Shown one piece after another: positions 10,665 to 22,380 of a stretch of 64,000 bases of DNA. Under the pieces are notes generated by a model, which worked only from the letters and a program-made list of their open reading frames with translations, was not told where the DNA came from and did no database searches. The first letter of the stretch is position 1. Every line of letters starts with the position of its first letter. Made by a program: the position numbers and the translations under genes. The DNA is from an uncultured Chloroflexia bacterium (GTDB lineage: Bacteria; Chloroflexota; Chloroflexia; Thermomicrobiales; UBA6265), in the NCBI GenBank assembly GCA_963724295.1, contig CAVRUC010000002.1, positions 224,001-288,000 of the forward strand, given 5' to 3'.

Positions 10665-10827
10665 ATCGTTCCATCGAAAGCCCTGGGTGCCAGGAGCCGA
10701 ACTCTCACGCAAGTCTCAGGAGTCATCGACCCGGTTTCTAGCCAATTATGAAGCTCGGCTCGCTTCCAACTTTCCGCGTCAGGTTGGAATGGACGATCTA
10801 CTCCTCGTAAACGAAAGGTAGCCGCAA

Positions 10828-11502
10828 ATGCGTCTGCTGCTGGTTGAAGATGAAAAGCGGCTCGCAACATTACTGCACAAGGGGCTAACTGAGGAAGGGC
10901 ATGCAGTCGATCTCACTGGCAGCGGCGAGGACGGGCTCGATTGGGTGTCTGTTGGCAAGTATGACGCGATTGTTCTCGACGTCATGCTTCCCGGTATCGA
11001 TGGACTCGAGGTCTGCCGTCGACTGCGCCGGAAGGCAGTCCACACGCCGGTCTTGCTTCTGACCGCGCGTGACGCAATTGCCGATCGGGTGCAAGGTCTG
11101 GACGCTGGTGCCGATGATTACCTGGTGAAGCCCTTTGCTTTCGTTGAGCTGGCCGCCCGTCTTCGGGCGTTGGACCGGCGGCCCACCGATACCCTGCCAA
11201 CGGTTCTTCGGGTCGGAAACGTCACACTCGATCCAGCGACGCGCAAGGTCTGGCACGGCGATGACGAGATTCAGCTTCCGAACAAAGAGTTTCGGATTCT
11301 CGAATACATGCTGCGGCAACCCGGACGCGTCTTGACTCGGGCCATGATTGCCGAGCACGTGTGGGATTATGACTTCCCCAATGTCACCAACGTGATCGAC
11401 GTCCACATTCGCCAGCTCCGCCTCAAACTCGCAGATCCCTATCCAGGGACGCTCATTCAAACGGTCCGTGGCGCTGGCTATCGGGTCCGCGCCGACCCGT
11501 GA
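10828..11502 (+). CDS. OmpR-family response regulator (CusR/CzcR-like)
   Basis: [32 protein letters not shown]. Confidence 0.95.
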   Translation: MRLLLVEDEKRLATLLHKGLTEEGHAVDLTGSGEDGLDWVSVGKYDAIVLDVMLPGIDGLEVCRRLRRKAVHTPVLLLTARDAIADRVQGLDAGADDYLVKPFAFVELAARLRALDRRPTDTLPTVLRVGNVTLDPATRKVWHGDDEIQLPNKEFRILEYMLRQPGRVLTRAMIAEHVWDYDFPNVTNVIDVHIRQLRLKLADPYPGTLIQTVRGAGYRVRADP

Positions 11503-12896
11503 TTACCCGTCGGCTTCCGATCCGTTGGCGTCTGACACTCTGGCATGCGGTGCTTCTGGCAGTCGCGATGGCACTCTTCAGTGGAACGCTCTACGTCTTC
11601 CTGCGTCAGCAACTCTACGACAGCCTGGATGAGCAGCTGCTCGAGCAGGCAGCGGCCGTCCTCGCGGCCGTGCAGTTCGACGATGGCCGCCCCCGGCTCA
11701 AGGCCACAACCGTCGATGGTGCCGACGGCGAGTACTTTTTGCGCCTGCTCGACACCGAGAGTCGGACCATCCGCGATAGTGGCGATTCCCACGCGGGCAT
11801 GCCGGTCGATGACGACGTCGTGGGGTCAGTTCTGGCTGGGGAAACCGCCTACAGTACCGGGCTCGACGACGCAGGCGAGACGATCCGGATGATCTCCCTT
11901 CCGGTTCGCGCGGAAGAAGCTGACGGCGCCGCGGTCGGTGTTCTTCAGATCGGCCTCGACCGCGACGAACTCGACGAGCCCCTTGCCGGATTACTTCATG
12001 CCCTGGCACTTGCTGGTCCGTTCACGCTCCTCTTCTCCGCGATTGGTGGTTATCTGCTCGCCGGCCGCGCCCTGGCTCCGGTGAGCACCGTCACCGATCT
12101 TGCCGAGCGGATCGACCCGCGCGATTTGGGCGCTCGGCTCAATCTGGACTTGCCGAATGACGAGCTCGGTCGGTTGGCACGGACGTTTGACGACATGCTC
12201 GCTCGTATTGATGACGCCTTCGAGCGGCAGCGGCGCTTTACTGGTGATGCCGCCCACGAGTTGCGGACACCCCTCAGTTTGATGCGCAGCCAGGTCGACA
12301 TCGCCCTGGCTCGGCCCCGGTCGGTCGCGTTTTACCAGGATGCGCTGCAGAGGTTGGATGGCGATATCGACCGCATGAGCGGTCTCGTTTCCACCTTGCT
12401 GACTCTCGCCCGTGCCGATGCGGGGCAGCTAGCACTCGATCGTGTGCCTTTCGACGTTGCTGACACAGTCGAACTGGTAGTGGAGCAGTACACCCCGATT
12501 ACCGCCGAGGCGAGCATCGCCCTGCGAAGCGAGCCGGCAACCGCCCCACTTGTCGCCGATGAAGACCTGCTTGTGCAAGTCTTGGTCAACCTCATCGATA
12601 ACGCGCTGTCTCACACCCCAGCCGGAGGCGTGGTGACCGTAGGCTGCGGGATGGGCAATGATCACATCCGTCTTTGGGTAGTCGACACCGGCGAGGGCAT
12701 TGCGCCGGAGCATCAGGATCGGGTATTCGATCGGTTCTATCGGGTCGATGCCGGCAGGACCCGTGAACGAGGCGGGACTGGACTCGGACTGGCGATCTGC
12801 CGGGCAATCGTCGAGGCACTTGGCGGGAGCATCTCGCTAGCGAGCGTGCCTGATCGAGGGACACGCGTTGATGTCCTGCTGCCCAAAGGATCATGA
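11499..12896 (+). CDS. HAMP-domain sensor histidine kinase
   Basis: Two TM segments, [10 protein letters not shown]-box, NLIDNA, DTGEGI, GTGLGL; GTGA overlap with the regulator. Confidence 0.95.
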   Translation: MITRRLPIRWRLTLWHAVLLAVAMALFSGTLYVFLRQQLYDSLDEQLLEQAAAVLAAVQFDDGRPRLKATTVDGADGEYFLRLLDTESRTIRDSGDSHAGMPVDDDVVGSVLAGETAYSTGLDDAGETIRMISLPVRAEEADGAAVGVLQIGLDRDELDEPLAGLLHALALAGPFTLLFSAIGGYLLAGRALAPVSTVTDLAERIDPRDLGARLNLDLPNDELGRLARTFDDMLARIDDAFERQRRFTGDAAHELRTPLSLMRSQVDIALARPRSVAFYQDALQRLDGDIDRMSGLVSTLLTLARADAGQLALDRVPFDVADTVELVVEQYTPITAEASIALRSEPATAPLVADEDLLVQVLVNLIDNALSHTPAGGVVTVGCGMGNDHIRLWVVDTGEGIAPEHQDRVFDRFYRVDAGRTRERGGTGLGLAICRAIVEALGGSISLASVPDRGTRVDVLLPKGS

Positions 12897-13018
12897 CGAC
12901 CGGAGGTGCCGGCGATTCAAACCCAGGCTTGTCGAGCGGAACCAGTCTCGCCCGCGTCGATACAGGCGAGACTGGTCCGGCCGGTCAGCGGGTCGGTCAA
13001 CCGGTCAGAAGCACGCTC

Positions 13019-13498
13019 TCAGTTAGCTTTCTCCTCTCCGCTCTCATCGTCATCATCGTGATTGTCTTCATCCTCGTCGCCATTGGCGTTCTGATTGCCG
13101 CCCTCATCATCATCTTCGTCTTGGTCGTCGTCTTGTTCACCGTCCTGCTCCTCAGTCCGGATGACCTCACCACTGGTGGCATCGACGTCAACTTCGATTC
13201 CGGAGTCCAGGGTCACACTGTAGGCAAGCACGCCGTTTTGGCCGCCAAGCTCCACGTCTATGACAGCGGCGTCGGTATACCCCTCGAGCGCAATTTCCTG
13301 GGCTCGTATCAAATCGATGCTGGGCTCTAGGAGTGGCGTCCCCACGACCGACTTGCCGTTGTCCTCATCAGCCGTCTGCGCCGCGGCCCGCGCCGGCGGT
13401 GTCGCGTCCTGCGCACTGGCCAACGGACCTGTCCCCAGCATTCCACTGAGCACCATCGTTCCAATTCCAAGACAACTGAACCAACGTTGCAGCCGCAT
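13019..13498 (-). CDS. Secreted PepSY-domain protein with acidic tail
   Basis: Signal peptide ending SAQDATP; AQEIAL...EVDVDATSGEVI PepSY pattern; AAAGGAAG RBS before ATG 13498. Confidence 0.85.
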   Translation of the reverse strand: MRLQRWFSCLGIGTMVLSGMLGTGPLASAQDATPPARAAAQTADEDNGKSVVGTPLLEPSIDLIRAQEIALEGYTDAAVIDVELGGQNGVLAYSVTLDSGIEVDVDATSGEVIRTEEQDGEQDDDQDEDDDEGGNQNANGDEDEDNHDDDDESGEEKAN

Positions 13499-13830
13499 GC
13501 GAGCTCTTCCTTTCGCGCTTGCTCCGTAGCCCGGAACTTGTAATCGCTTGGTCGTCCGACGACGGACAACTACACTCAGCATCGGCACTACAAATGAAAT
13601 TCCGATGAGGCTGCGGAAACAGGGGAGCCCGTGGCAGCACGACACGAGCGCTCCAGATACGAGGTTCGATATCGGGTGAAGTCGCGTTGTCTGAGGCCTT
13701 TAGGGTCGTTGGTCATTACAGAATCGGGCCTCTCAACAGCCGTAGGTAACACGTTCGTTCGGAGGCTTCACCCGGTGGGCGTCGGGTAGAGTTGTGCAAT
13801 TGCGATCCGATCGCTACCCGGAGCTCCTCG

Positions 13831-15744
13831 ATGACCCACCCGCTGCTCGACCGACTCGCCGCTGGACCGATCCTCGCCGACGGCGCGATCGGCACCATGC
13901 TCTATGCCGCCGGGGCGTCCCTCGATGAGTCGTTCGACGCGCTCAATCTCGCTCGGCCTGATCTTGTCCTCGACACGCATCGCGCCTACCTCGACGCCGG
14001 GGCGGACCTTTTGGAGACGAACTCCTTCGGAGCCAATCGCTTCAAATTGGAGGCGTTCGGACTCGCCGACCGGGTGCGCGAGATCAACAAGAAGGCAGTG
14101 CGTCTGGCGCGCGAAGCGCGTGAGATCACTGGTCGCCCGGTGCTGGTGGCGGGCTCGGTCGGTCCGACCGGGCGCACCCTGGCGCCCTTCGGCGTCGTCT
14201 CCCCGGAGGCGGTGCGGGCGGCGTTTCGCGAGCAGATCGAGGCGTTGCTCGAGGGGGGCGTCGACCTTCTCGTCCTGGAGACAATCGGCAGCCTGGACGA
14301 GATGACAGAGGCGGTCGGCGCCGCGCGCGAGACGTGCGATCTGCCGATCGTCGCCTCGATGACCTTCGCCGAAGACGGCCGCACTATCGGCGGCAACTCG
14401 CCGCGGGAGGTCGCGGCGCAACTCTACGGACTGGGTGTTGACGCCATCGGGGCCAACTGCTCCGTCGGACCGCAGCGGCTCCTGCCGGTCGTCGAGGCGC
14501 TGGTCCGGCACCTGGGCGAGCAAGATGGAGCGGTGCCAGCGGTTTCCTGCATGCCCAACGCCGGCTGGCCCGCCCATGTCGCCGGGCGCGTTATCTACCC
14601 GTCCTCACCGGAATACTTCGCGGGCTTCGCCCGGCGTGCCGCTGAAGCCGGGGTGCGCATTATCGGTGGCTGCTGCGGCACCACCCCGCTGCACACGGCG
14701 GCCATGCGCGAAGCCCTCGACGCCTGGATAGCCGAACGCGGCGATGAGTCGACCTCGCCGTCCCGACTCGCGACGCCGCATGCCGGCCGTCGCACTCGCA
14801 TCCTGGCCGCGCCGGAGCTCGATCTGGTCGCGGCCGACGGCCCAACCCGCCTGCGCCAGAAGCTGGATCGCGGCGAATTCGTGGTCAGTGTCGAGATCGA
14901 TCCGCCAAAGGGACTCAACCCGACCAAGGCGCTCGATGGCGCTTGCCTGTTACAGGAAGCGGGTGTCGATTTCATCAACGTCGCCGACTCGCCGATGGCC
15001 CGCGTGCGCATGAGCGCCCTGACCATGTGCTATCTCATTCAGCACCGCACCGGGGTGGAGACGATCCTGCACTTCACCACCCGCGATCGTTCGCTGATGG
15101 GGCTGCAGTCCGAATTGCTGGGCGCGCACGCGGTCGGTGTGCGCAACATCATCGCTCTGACTGGAGACCCGCCGAGCCTCGGCGACTACCCCGATTCCTC
15201 GGCGGTCTACGACGTGGACTCGATCGGGCTGATCCGGATCCTGGAACGGCTCAACAGCGGCGCCGACTCGGCCGGGGCGTCGATCGGGCGACCAGCCGCG
15301 TTCACCATCGCCTGCGCCGTCGACCCCACGCGGGCCGACCTCGAGCACGAAGCGGGGCGCCTGCGGGCGAAGCTGGAAGCGGGCGCGCACGTCGTGATGA
15401 CGCAGCCGATCTACGACCCGGCCTCATGGAGTCGTTTCCTGGACGCCTACGGCGTCGAGCGACTGCCGGTACCTGTCCTGGCCGGCATCCTGCCGCTGCA
15501 AAGCAGCAAGCATGCCGAGTTCCTGCATAATGAGGTGCCGGGCATCACGCTGAGCGATGAGGCGCGGCAGCGGATGCGCCTGGCGGGGCCGGACGGCCGT
15601 CGCGAAGGCGTCAAAATGGCCCAGGAGCTGCTGCAAGAGCTTCGTCCGCTCGTGCAGGGGGTCTACCTGATGCCGTCCTTTGGCCGCTATGAGGTCGCCG
15701 CCGAGGTGCTCGACGTCCTGGACCGGGAGCCGGTGGCCCGATAG
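13831..15744 (+). CDS. yitJ: Bifunctional homocysteine S-methyltransferase / methylenetetrahydrofolate reductase
   Basis: LADGAIGT, GANCSVG, IIGGCCGT zinc motif, then MTHFR domain (SVEIDPPK, ALTGDP, TQPIYD). Confidence 0.92.
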   Translation: MTHPLLDRLAAGPILADGAIGTMLYAAGASLDESFDALNLARPDLVLDTHRAYLDAGADLLETNSFGANRFKLEAFGLADRVREINKKAVRLAREAREITGRPVLVAGSVGPTGRTLAPFGVVSPEAVRAAFREQIEALLEGGVDLLVLETIGSLDEMTEAVGAARETCDLPIVASMTFAEDGRTIGGNSPREVAAQLYGLGVDAIGANCSVGPQRLLPVVEALVRHLGEQDGAVPAVSCMPNAGWPAHVAGRVIYPSSPEYFAGFARRAAEAGVRIIGGCCGTTPLHTAAMREALDAWIAERGDESTSPSRLATPHAGRRTRILAAPELDLVAADGPTRLRQKLDRGEFVVSVEIDPPKGLNPTKALDGACLLQEAGVDFINVADSPMARVRMSALTMCYLIQHRTGVETILHFTTRDRSLMGLQSELLGAHAVGVRNIIALTGDPPSLGDYPDSSAVYDVDSIGLIRILERLNSGADSAGASIGRPAAFTIACAVDPTRADLEHEAGRLRAKLEAGAHVVMTQPIYDPASWSRFLDAYGVERLPVPVLAGILPLQSSKHAEFLHNEVPGITLSDEARQRMRLAGPDGRREGVKMAQELLQELRPLVQGVYLMPSFGRYEVAAEVLDVLDREPVAR

Positions 15745-15843
15745 GCTATCCGCCTTGCGCCGAGGCGCCCGCGCCGGGAGGGTCCGGATACGGGCGTCTC
15801 GTGGACCGCGACCGGAGGGGACCGATCGCGCTAGAACATTCGG

Positions 15844-16483
15844 TTACGAAGCGATGCGCTGCTCGCGCACGAGCACGTCTTCGCCGGTTTCGACCTCGAT
15901 ACCCGGACCGGCCAGCTCACGAGCGACCATGCGCCGCTTCTCGATCGCGTCGCGTGGCACCAGCGGGCGTCCCGCCTCATCGGGGATCATCGCGATCGCG
16001 CCGTCGGTCGTCCAACCGGCGACGATCGCCGGGGCAACCTCGAGTCGATCCGCGGCGTCCGCGATGCTCATCAGCCCGTCGTCACCGTAGGTAACGCGCG
16101 CGGCGCGGGCGATCATCTTGCCGATGGCCGAACGCCAGAACCAGCCGGGAATGACCATCCCCTCGGCTGCGAGCGGACGGAGCAGCAGATCTGTGACGCG
16201 TCCGACCGTCTCCTGCACGTGGTCGCGGCTGACGTCGCCATATCCGGCCACGGCCAGCAGCCGCAGATCCTGCCCGAGCGGGCTTTGCCGCAGCTCGGCG
16301 AGACTCGGCGAAAACGAGCGCTTTCCAATCGCCGCGCCGACGGCGCGATGATGGTCAGCAACGAGCCGGAGAACGCTATCGATAACGTCCTCATCGTCCC
16401 AGGACTCGTCGAGTTCCGCGAACGCCCGGGGCCTCGTCCACGGAGATAACCTGGGTGGTAAAGATTGTCGCGAACTCGCGCAT
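15844..16483 (-). CDS. HTH (MerR/excisionase-like) domain protein with a 1-nt frameshift near the 5' end
   Basis: GAGGAG RBS + ATG 16483 (MREFATIFTTQVISVDEA); removing one base of the run at 16428-16431 joins it to RAFAELDESW...; C-terminal MSIADAADRLEVAPAIVAGW HTH. Confidence 0.7.
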
Positions 16484-16778
16484 GTCAAACTCCTCGACCG
16501 GTGTACGTGCACCCGGGGCAGAAGGCGGGTTTCTTCCCGTTAGCAAGTCCTGTGCCTGATGGTCACAAGTCTCATCCAATTGTACGTACAGTGTCAACAT
16601 TCGGTTTCACTACAGGCACTGGATAGAGGGTTCACACGGGGAAAGAATAAAGGAGTTTTTGCCGCGAAAGTCAAAACAGCGTTATTGAACGAGGTCCGCA
16701 CCCCATCAGATCGTGTTTTCCAAGATCGCAAATTGATTGCGCCGCTTCAGAATGTTCTACGAGAGCGGGGCGCTGCGC

Positions 16779-17000
16779 TGAGGGGGAGCCGGCTTCGCCT
16801 CAGGGGGAGCCGGCGGTTTCACCGCCTTAGGGGGTGGCGTCCGCTGCGCGGACTCAGGGGGTGAAGGGTCACGAAACGGAACACCGTCGGTCTTCTTCCC
16901 CCCTGAGCCGGAAGGCGACTCCCCCTGAGGGAGCGCAGCGACCGGCTCCCCCTGAAGCCGCGCAAGCGGCTGCCACCCCCTGAGCCGCAGCGACTCCCCC
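16779..17000. repeat. Composite REP/BIME-like palindromic element
   Basis: Four TNAGGGGG units (16779, 16800, 16827, 16854) then inverted CCCCCTGA units (16899, 16921, 16948, 16976, partial 16996), separated by small hairpins. Confidence 0.8.
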
Positions 17001-19289
17001 TACATCTCGTCCGGTGCCGCAATCCCCAGCAGCGCCAGACCGTTAGCCAGCGTGCGACGCGTGGCCGCGGTTAACGCCAGGCGAGCGGTCCGCGTCGGCT
17101 CCGGAGAGGTCAGTACCGGGCAAGCGTGATAGAAGTCGTTGAAACGCTTCGCCAGGTCATAGACGTACGAGGCGATCAGGAGCGGGCGGTACTCCGCGGC
17201 GGCGCGCTGAATTTCTTCGGGCAACGACGCGATCCCCTGCAGCAGCCCGAGCTCCTCCGCCTGCAGTTCCCCGAAATCGAGCCCTTCCAGCCGGGCCAGA
17301 AGCGTCTCCTCCGTTTCCCCGGCATGCTCCAGGATGCGGCAGGCCCGCGCATGCGCGTACTGGATGTAGGGCGCCGAGTGGCCGTCGAAGGAGAGCGCCT
17401 CCTCCAGATCGAACAGGACGACCTTGCTGTTGTCGCGCGCCAGCATCGCGTACTTCAGCGAGCCGAGCGCCACCTCCCAGGCCACCTGGTCTTTTCGTTC
17501 AGGCGCAAGTTCCCAATTCTTCTCCTCGATCGTCTCGCGCGCCCGCGCTAGCACAGCGTCGCGCACATCGTCGTAGATGGGAACGTTCCCCTTGCGGGAG
17601 GAGATGACTCCTTCGGGCAAGACGACCATCTCATATCCGAGATGGAAGGCCTGGCGTGCCTGCTCGAAGCCCCATAGCTCGAGGATCTTGAATATCTGCT
17701 GGAAATAAAGCGACTGGCGGGTGTCGACCACCCAGATGGCGCGGTCCACCCCGTACTCTTCGAATTTTCGCCTGGTGAGTGCCAGATCCTTGGTGGAGTA
17801 AAGCGAGCTGCCGTCGGAGCGCAGCACCGGCATGGTGCGATAGGTCGGCTCCGTCAGCCCGAGCTTGTCGTCGATCTTGACCACGGGCAGACCCTCGGAG
17901 ATTTCCGCAATGCCGCGCTCCAGAAGATCCTCCACCATCCGCTTGCCTTCGTCCTCGACCTCGCTTTCGAAGAACCAGACGTCAAACGTCGCGCCCAGCT
18001 CGGCAAAGATGCGGCGGAAATCGGCCATGCTCCAGTCCCGCGTGGTCTGCCACAGCGCGACGAACTCCGGCTCCTGAGATTCCCAGCGAGCGAACGTCTC
18101 TCGTACTTCATCGCGCCAGCCAGGAGCCGCCGCCCACCACTCATCCATGTGCTCGGCGAGTGATTCCCACCGCGCCAGCCGCTTTTCGGGGGTCATGGTC
18201 GGTTCCGGTTCCCCCTCGACGGGAACATACGGCCTTGGCGCCTCGACTTCGGACCGAAGCTGATCGCCGACGATCGGCCAGAACTGGGGGATGACGTCGT
18301 CCTGGCGCAGCAGCTCGTCCTTGATGGGCTGCGCGTGGACGATGCGCCCCAGCAGGTACGCGATATCCTCACCGTCGGCGTTTTTGCGCCAGAGGTACTT
18401 CAGCATGCGGTCGATCGTGTCGACGAACTGCTGATCTTCCCGCGCCAGCAGTTGCAGAAAATCGAGCACGTCCTTGCGGAAGTTCAGCCGCGCGTCCGAC
18501 TCGGCGTAGACCTCCCCCAACCAGCGGCCGCGGTCTTCCAGGCTGGCTGGCTCTTCGCCACGATGGAACCGCTCGTAGCACCAGAGGCATTTCACCACGT
18601 GCATGCCGATATCGCCGATGTAGTTGGCGTCCTTCACGTCGTACCCGGCGGCGCGCAGGATATTGCTGACCGCGACGCCGAGCACCGAGTTCCGCAGGTG
18701 GCCGACGTGGAAGGCCTTGTGCGTATTCGGTTGGGAGTGCTCGACCATCACGGTCTCGGCGATTGGCGCCCCCTGCCCGTACTCCGGTCCGCGCTTCAGC
18801 ACCTCGCCGATGAGCGCGGCGGCGACGGCATTGCTGTTGAAGGCGATGTTCACGTAGCCATTGACGGCCTCGACCGAGGCGAACAGGGGATTGTCGGTGG
18901 CGGCAACTCGTGCCGCGATCTGCTCGGCCAGCACCGGAACCCGCTCGCGCACAGCGCCGGCGGCGAGCGCTTTTGCTTCCTTCTTGGAGAGCCCCGCCAG
19001 TTGCCCGCTCGCCTCCAGCTCCCTGGTGACGGCCTCGTTGGCCAAGCCGTAGGCCGCGGACGTCGCCAGCCCCCAGGTTCCTTCGAACGGAAGCGGCCGC
19101 AGGTCGACCGAGCGTGGAGCAAACCCAAGATCGGCCAGCGCCGCCGCGATCGCCTCCCCGGCCTCCCGCTCGCCGCGCGCGATGACCCCGCCCCGGCCGT
19201 TGGCGGGAGCGGAGCTGGCTGCCGCGGAGGATGAGACATCGGCGGCAGGCGCTGAATTGGCGATCGGCGGCCCGTGGGGAGTCGGTCAT
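17000..19289 (-). CDS. argS: Arginine--tRNA ligase (apparent 1-nt frameshift at 19276-19279)
   Basis: VEHSQPNTHKAFHVGHLRN, YIGDIG, LRSDGSSLY, ISSRKG, PYIQYAHAR; the frame continues upstream of TTG 19045 and reaches an ATG (19289 or 19293) only through an indel in a C4 run. Confidence 0.92.
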
Positions 19290-19463
19290 TCATACCCTCT
19301 GCCCGGCGCGAAGCCGGTCTGTCTGTTTTGGAAACTTGCGAGCACAAACATTGCGGTGACGGGAATCACCGGCGTCGATAGTACCCGCGTATGCTAATGA
19401 TAGGAACTGGCGCGGATTTCCGGCCAATGCGACCTGACCCTGGTCGCATGGTTCCAGCGCGAA

Positions 19464-20600
19464 TTAGCACATTTCCCTGACGGCATCCGAGAGATCGCGG
19501 CGAGCGATTGCACCCGCCTCGTCACGTCGCAACCCATTACTGAGAAAGGCCATCGACAGCCCGAGGTCCGTATCCCCCCAGCAGATGGAGGAGCCGAACC
19601 CACCGTGCCAGAACGTGCTGACCGTGCTCGTCGCGCCGGGCCAGTGCCGACGTGGATCAGCAAGCCCTCCGAGCTCGAACCCGAGACCACGCCGGACCGG
19701 CACGTCAAAGGTCGCGTCGATCTCGCCATCGACCTCGACGGCGAGCATGCGCGAGACGGTCTCCGCCCGCAGGATGCGCACCCCATCGAGCGCGCCACCG
19801 GCCGCCAGCACGGCGTAGAAGCGGGCCATGTCGCGCGCGGTCGAGACGCCGCTGGCACCCGGCACCACCATCCGGTGAAGCGCGATCCGGCTCATGTGTC
19901 GCAATCCGTCCAGACCCCAATCATCGGTGCCATCCGTCGCATGCAGCTTCGTGACCCGGTGCTCGAGCGGGGTAGGGAGACCGACGAACGTGTCCGTCAG
20001 GTTCAACGGCCCGGTGATCTCCTCGCGCAGATAGTGCGGGTACGACCGGCCGTCCAGGCGGCGCAGCAGCTCGGCGCAGACCCAGTGCTGCGTCAGAAAG
20101 TGGTAGCCGCTGACAGTACCCGGCTCATGCTCGATTGGCATGGCTGCCACCACTTCTAACACCGCCTCCCGCTCCCCCCATCTATCTGGCGTCAATTCCG
20201 CCGGGGTCGTCGGGAAGCCGCCGCGGTGGGAAAGGACGTGACGGACCAGCACACGGTCTTTTCCGTTTTGACCGAACGCCGGCCAATAGGTGGCCACCGG
20301 CTCGTCGAGCTCCAGGTGGCCGCGTTCGACCTGCTGCCACAGTGCGACCGAAGCAAAGGGTTTGGTTCCCGAGAAGAGCGGGAAGAGCGTTTCCGCATCG
20401 ACCAGTTCGCCACGCTGCGTGTCGGCGTAGCCTCCGACGAGATCCAGAACCAGTTGCTCCCGGTGATAGACGGCCAGGGTCGCTCCTGGATAGAGCCGCA
20501 ACGGGCTGAGTTGTGCCCGGAAGTGCCGCTCAACTTCGCACAGCACTCCTGGATCGGTGCTGTCGTTCAGCGCAGAGTTCGTACTCGCCACGGCGACCAT
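19464..20600 (-). CDS. Serine hydrolase, beta-lactamase class C-like esterase
   Basis: FSGTK SxxK motif, VLSHRGG, GYH, FWHGGFG. Confidence 0.9.
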   Translation of the reverse strand: MVAVASTNSALNDSTDPGVLCEVERHFRAQLSPLRLYPGATLAVYHREQLVLDLVGGYADTQRGELVDAETLFPLFSGTKPFASVALWQQVERGHLELDEPVATYWPAFGQNGKDRVLVRHVLSHRGGFPTTPAELTPDRWGEREAVLEVVAAMPIEHEPGTVSGYHFLTQHWVCAELLRRLDGRSYPHYLREEITGPLNLTDTFVGLPTPLEHRVTKLHATDGTDDWGLDGLRHMSRIALHRMVVPGASGVSTARDMARFYAVLAAGGALDGVRILRAETVSRMLAVEVDGEIDATFDVPVRRGLGFELGGLADPRRHWPGATSTVSTFWHGGFGSSICWGDTDLGLSMAFLSNGLRRDEAGAIARRDLSDAVREMC

Positions 20601-20612
20601 TGCCGGCTCCTC

Positions 20613-22190
20613 TCAGACGAGAACAGGGTCCACACAGGCGGCCCGCTCCCGCTCGACCAGGACACGGCGCAGAATCTTGCCGGAGGCCGATTTCGGGATC
20701 TGGTCGATGAACTCCAGGCGACGCACCTTCTTGTAGGAAGCGACCTGCCTCGCGACGTAGGTCATCAACTCGTCTGGCGTTGCCGCTTGGCGGAGGACGA
20801 CGAACGCCTTGGGAACCTCGCCAGCGCCCTCGTCCGGGCTGGGGATGACGGCGGCGTCGGCCACTGCCGGGTGGGAGAGCAGGACCGCTTCCAGCTCGGC
20901 GGGGGCGACCTGGAATCCCTTGTACTTGATCAGCTCCTTGAGGCGGTCGACGACGAAGAAATTGCCGCCAGCGTCAGCGCAGGCCAAATCCCCTGTATGT
21001 AACCAGCCGTCGTCGTCGAGCATGGCGGCGGTCGCCTCCGGCCGATTGAGATAACCCCGCATCACCTGTGGGCCGCGGATCCACAGCTCGCCGCGTTCAT
21101 CGCCCCCAACCTCGGTCCCGCTTTCCGGGTCGACGATCCTGGCCTCCGTGTTCGGCAGCAGTTGTCCCACCGCTCCAGGGACCACTCGTTCCGGATCGGC
21201 CGGACTCAAGTGCGTCACAGGGCTGGCTTCTGTCAGCCCGTAGCCCTGCTTGACCTGGCATCCGATGCGCTCCCGGCACGCCCGCTCCACCTCCGCGCTG
21301 AGCGGTGCTCCTCCGGACACGACGATACGCAGCCGCGAGAGGTCGTAGTCGGCAACGATCGACTCCTTGGCGAGGGCCAGGATGATTGGCGGGGCGAGCG
21401 GGGCAAACGTTACGGCAGACGATTCCAGGGTCTGCAAGAACGATGCGAGCTCGTACCGGGGCGGGATGACCAGGGTGGCGCCAACGGCGAGGCCGATATT
21501 CAGCAGCACGGTCATGCCGTAGATGTGAAAGAAGGGGATGACGGCGATGATCGTGTCAGTCTCAGAGACCAGGCAGCATGCAGCCACCTGAGCGACATTG
21601 GCGACCAGGTTGCGGTGAGTCAGCATGACGCCCTTGGGCAGTCCCGTTGTTCCGCTGGAATACGGGAGCGCCACAAGTTCATTCGCCGGATCGATCGCAA
21701 TGGTGGGTGGAACGCCATTGCTATGGATCGACGCGAACGAAGCGGCTCCGGCGTCGTCATCAACGACGAGTACCTCCGACACTCCAGCCCGTCCAGCCGC
21801 GTTGCTCGCCTTGTGCAGTAGCTCAGATGTCGTCAGCAGCGACTTCGCGCCGGCATCGGTGAGCTGGCGCGCGAGCTCGTCGGCCGTGTAGGCCGGGTTG
21901 ATGGTGGTGACGATGCCGCCGCAGGTGGCCACGGCGTGGAACGCCACTGCGTACTCCAGGCAGTTCGGGGCGTAGATCGCGAACACGTCACCCTTGCCGA
22001 AGCCGCGTTCCGCCAGGCCGGCCGCGGTCCGGGCAATCGCCTCCGCCAACTGCTTGTAGGTCAGGGCGCGGCCGGTGGCGGCGTCGATAAGGGCGGGCTT
22101 GTCGGCCAGCCGGTCGGCGTGGCGCAGCACGAACGGGGTGAGCGCGCTGTCTGGGATGGCGATGTCGGGATGGGGACTGCGAACGATCAT
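20613..22190 (-). CDS. 4-coumarate--CoA ligase-family AMP-binding enzyme
   Basis: YSSGTTGLPKG, QGYGLTE, GWLHTGD, PKSASGKI; GAGGAGG RBS before ATG 22190. Confidence 0.92.
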   Translation of the reverse strand: MIVRSPHPDIAIPDSALTPFVLRHADRLADKPALIDAATGRALTYKQLAEAIARTAAGLAERGFGKGDVFAIYAPNCLEYAVAFHAVATCGGIVTTINPAYTADELARQLTDAGAKSLLTTSELLHKASNAAGRAGVSEVLVVDDDAGAASFASIHSNGVPPTIAIDPANELVALPYSSGTTGLPKGVMLTHRNLVANVAQVAACCLVSETDTIIAVIPFFHIYGMTVLLNIGLAVGATLVIPPRYELASFLQTLESSAVTFAPLAPPIILALAKESIVADYDLSRLRIVVSGGAPLSAEVERACRERIGCQVKQGYGLTEASPVTHLSPADPERVVPGAVGQLLPNTEARIVDPESGTEVGGDERGELWIRGPQVMRGYLNRPEATAAMLDDDGWLHTGDLACADAGGNFFVVDRLKELIKYKGFQVAPAELEAVLLSHPAVADAAVIPSPDEGAGEVPKAFVVLRQAATPDELMTYVARQVASYKKVRRLEFIDQIPKSASGKILRRVLVERERAACVDPVLV

Positions 22191-22267
22191 GACGGTCCTC
22201 CTCGACCTGGGATAGTGACTGCCGTCGCCCTGGCATGCGACCCGTCGCGATTGACCGGTCTGGGCGC

Positions 22268-22380
22268 AGTCTGCGCCTGTGTGGAGGACTCCCACATCGT
22301 ACGGGTGTCGGATTTCTGTCCGACCGTGTTGGCCGCGCGACGAGCTACGACCTGGCGTAGACCGAACGCGGGTTACGTAG
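22268..22380 (-). promoter_or_regulatory. Putative LuxR-STAND target promoter of the CoA-ligase operon
   Basis: CTACG/CGTAG boxes, then AAAT-N13-GATG-N17-GGCG-CAGACT; same layout at 62426-62525. Confidence 0.5.

Noticed and set aside
12893..13330. Very hydrophobic plus-strand ORF
   Set aside because: Antisense shadow of the acidic PepSY tail
13650..13830. SAM riboswitch upstream of yitJ
   Set aside because: No recognisable SAM-I core or terminator by eye; an Rfam scan would settle it
16581..16597. TGTACGTACA palindrome next to TTGACA upstream of the HTH gene as an operator
   Set aside because: Single short palindrome with a weak -10; insufficient support
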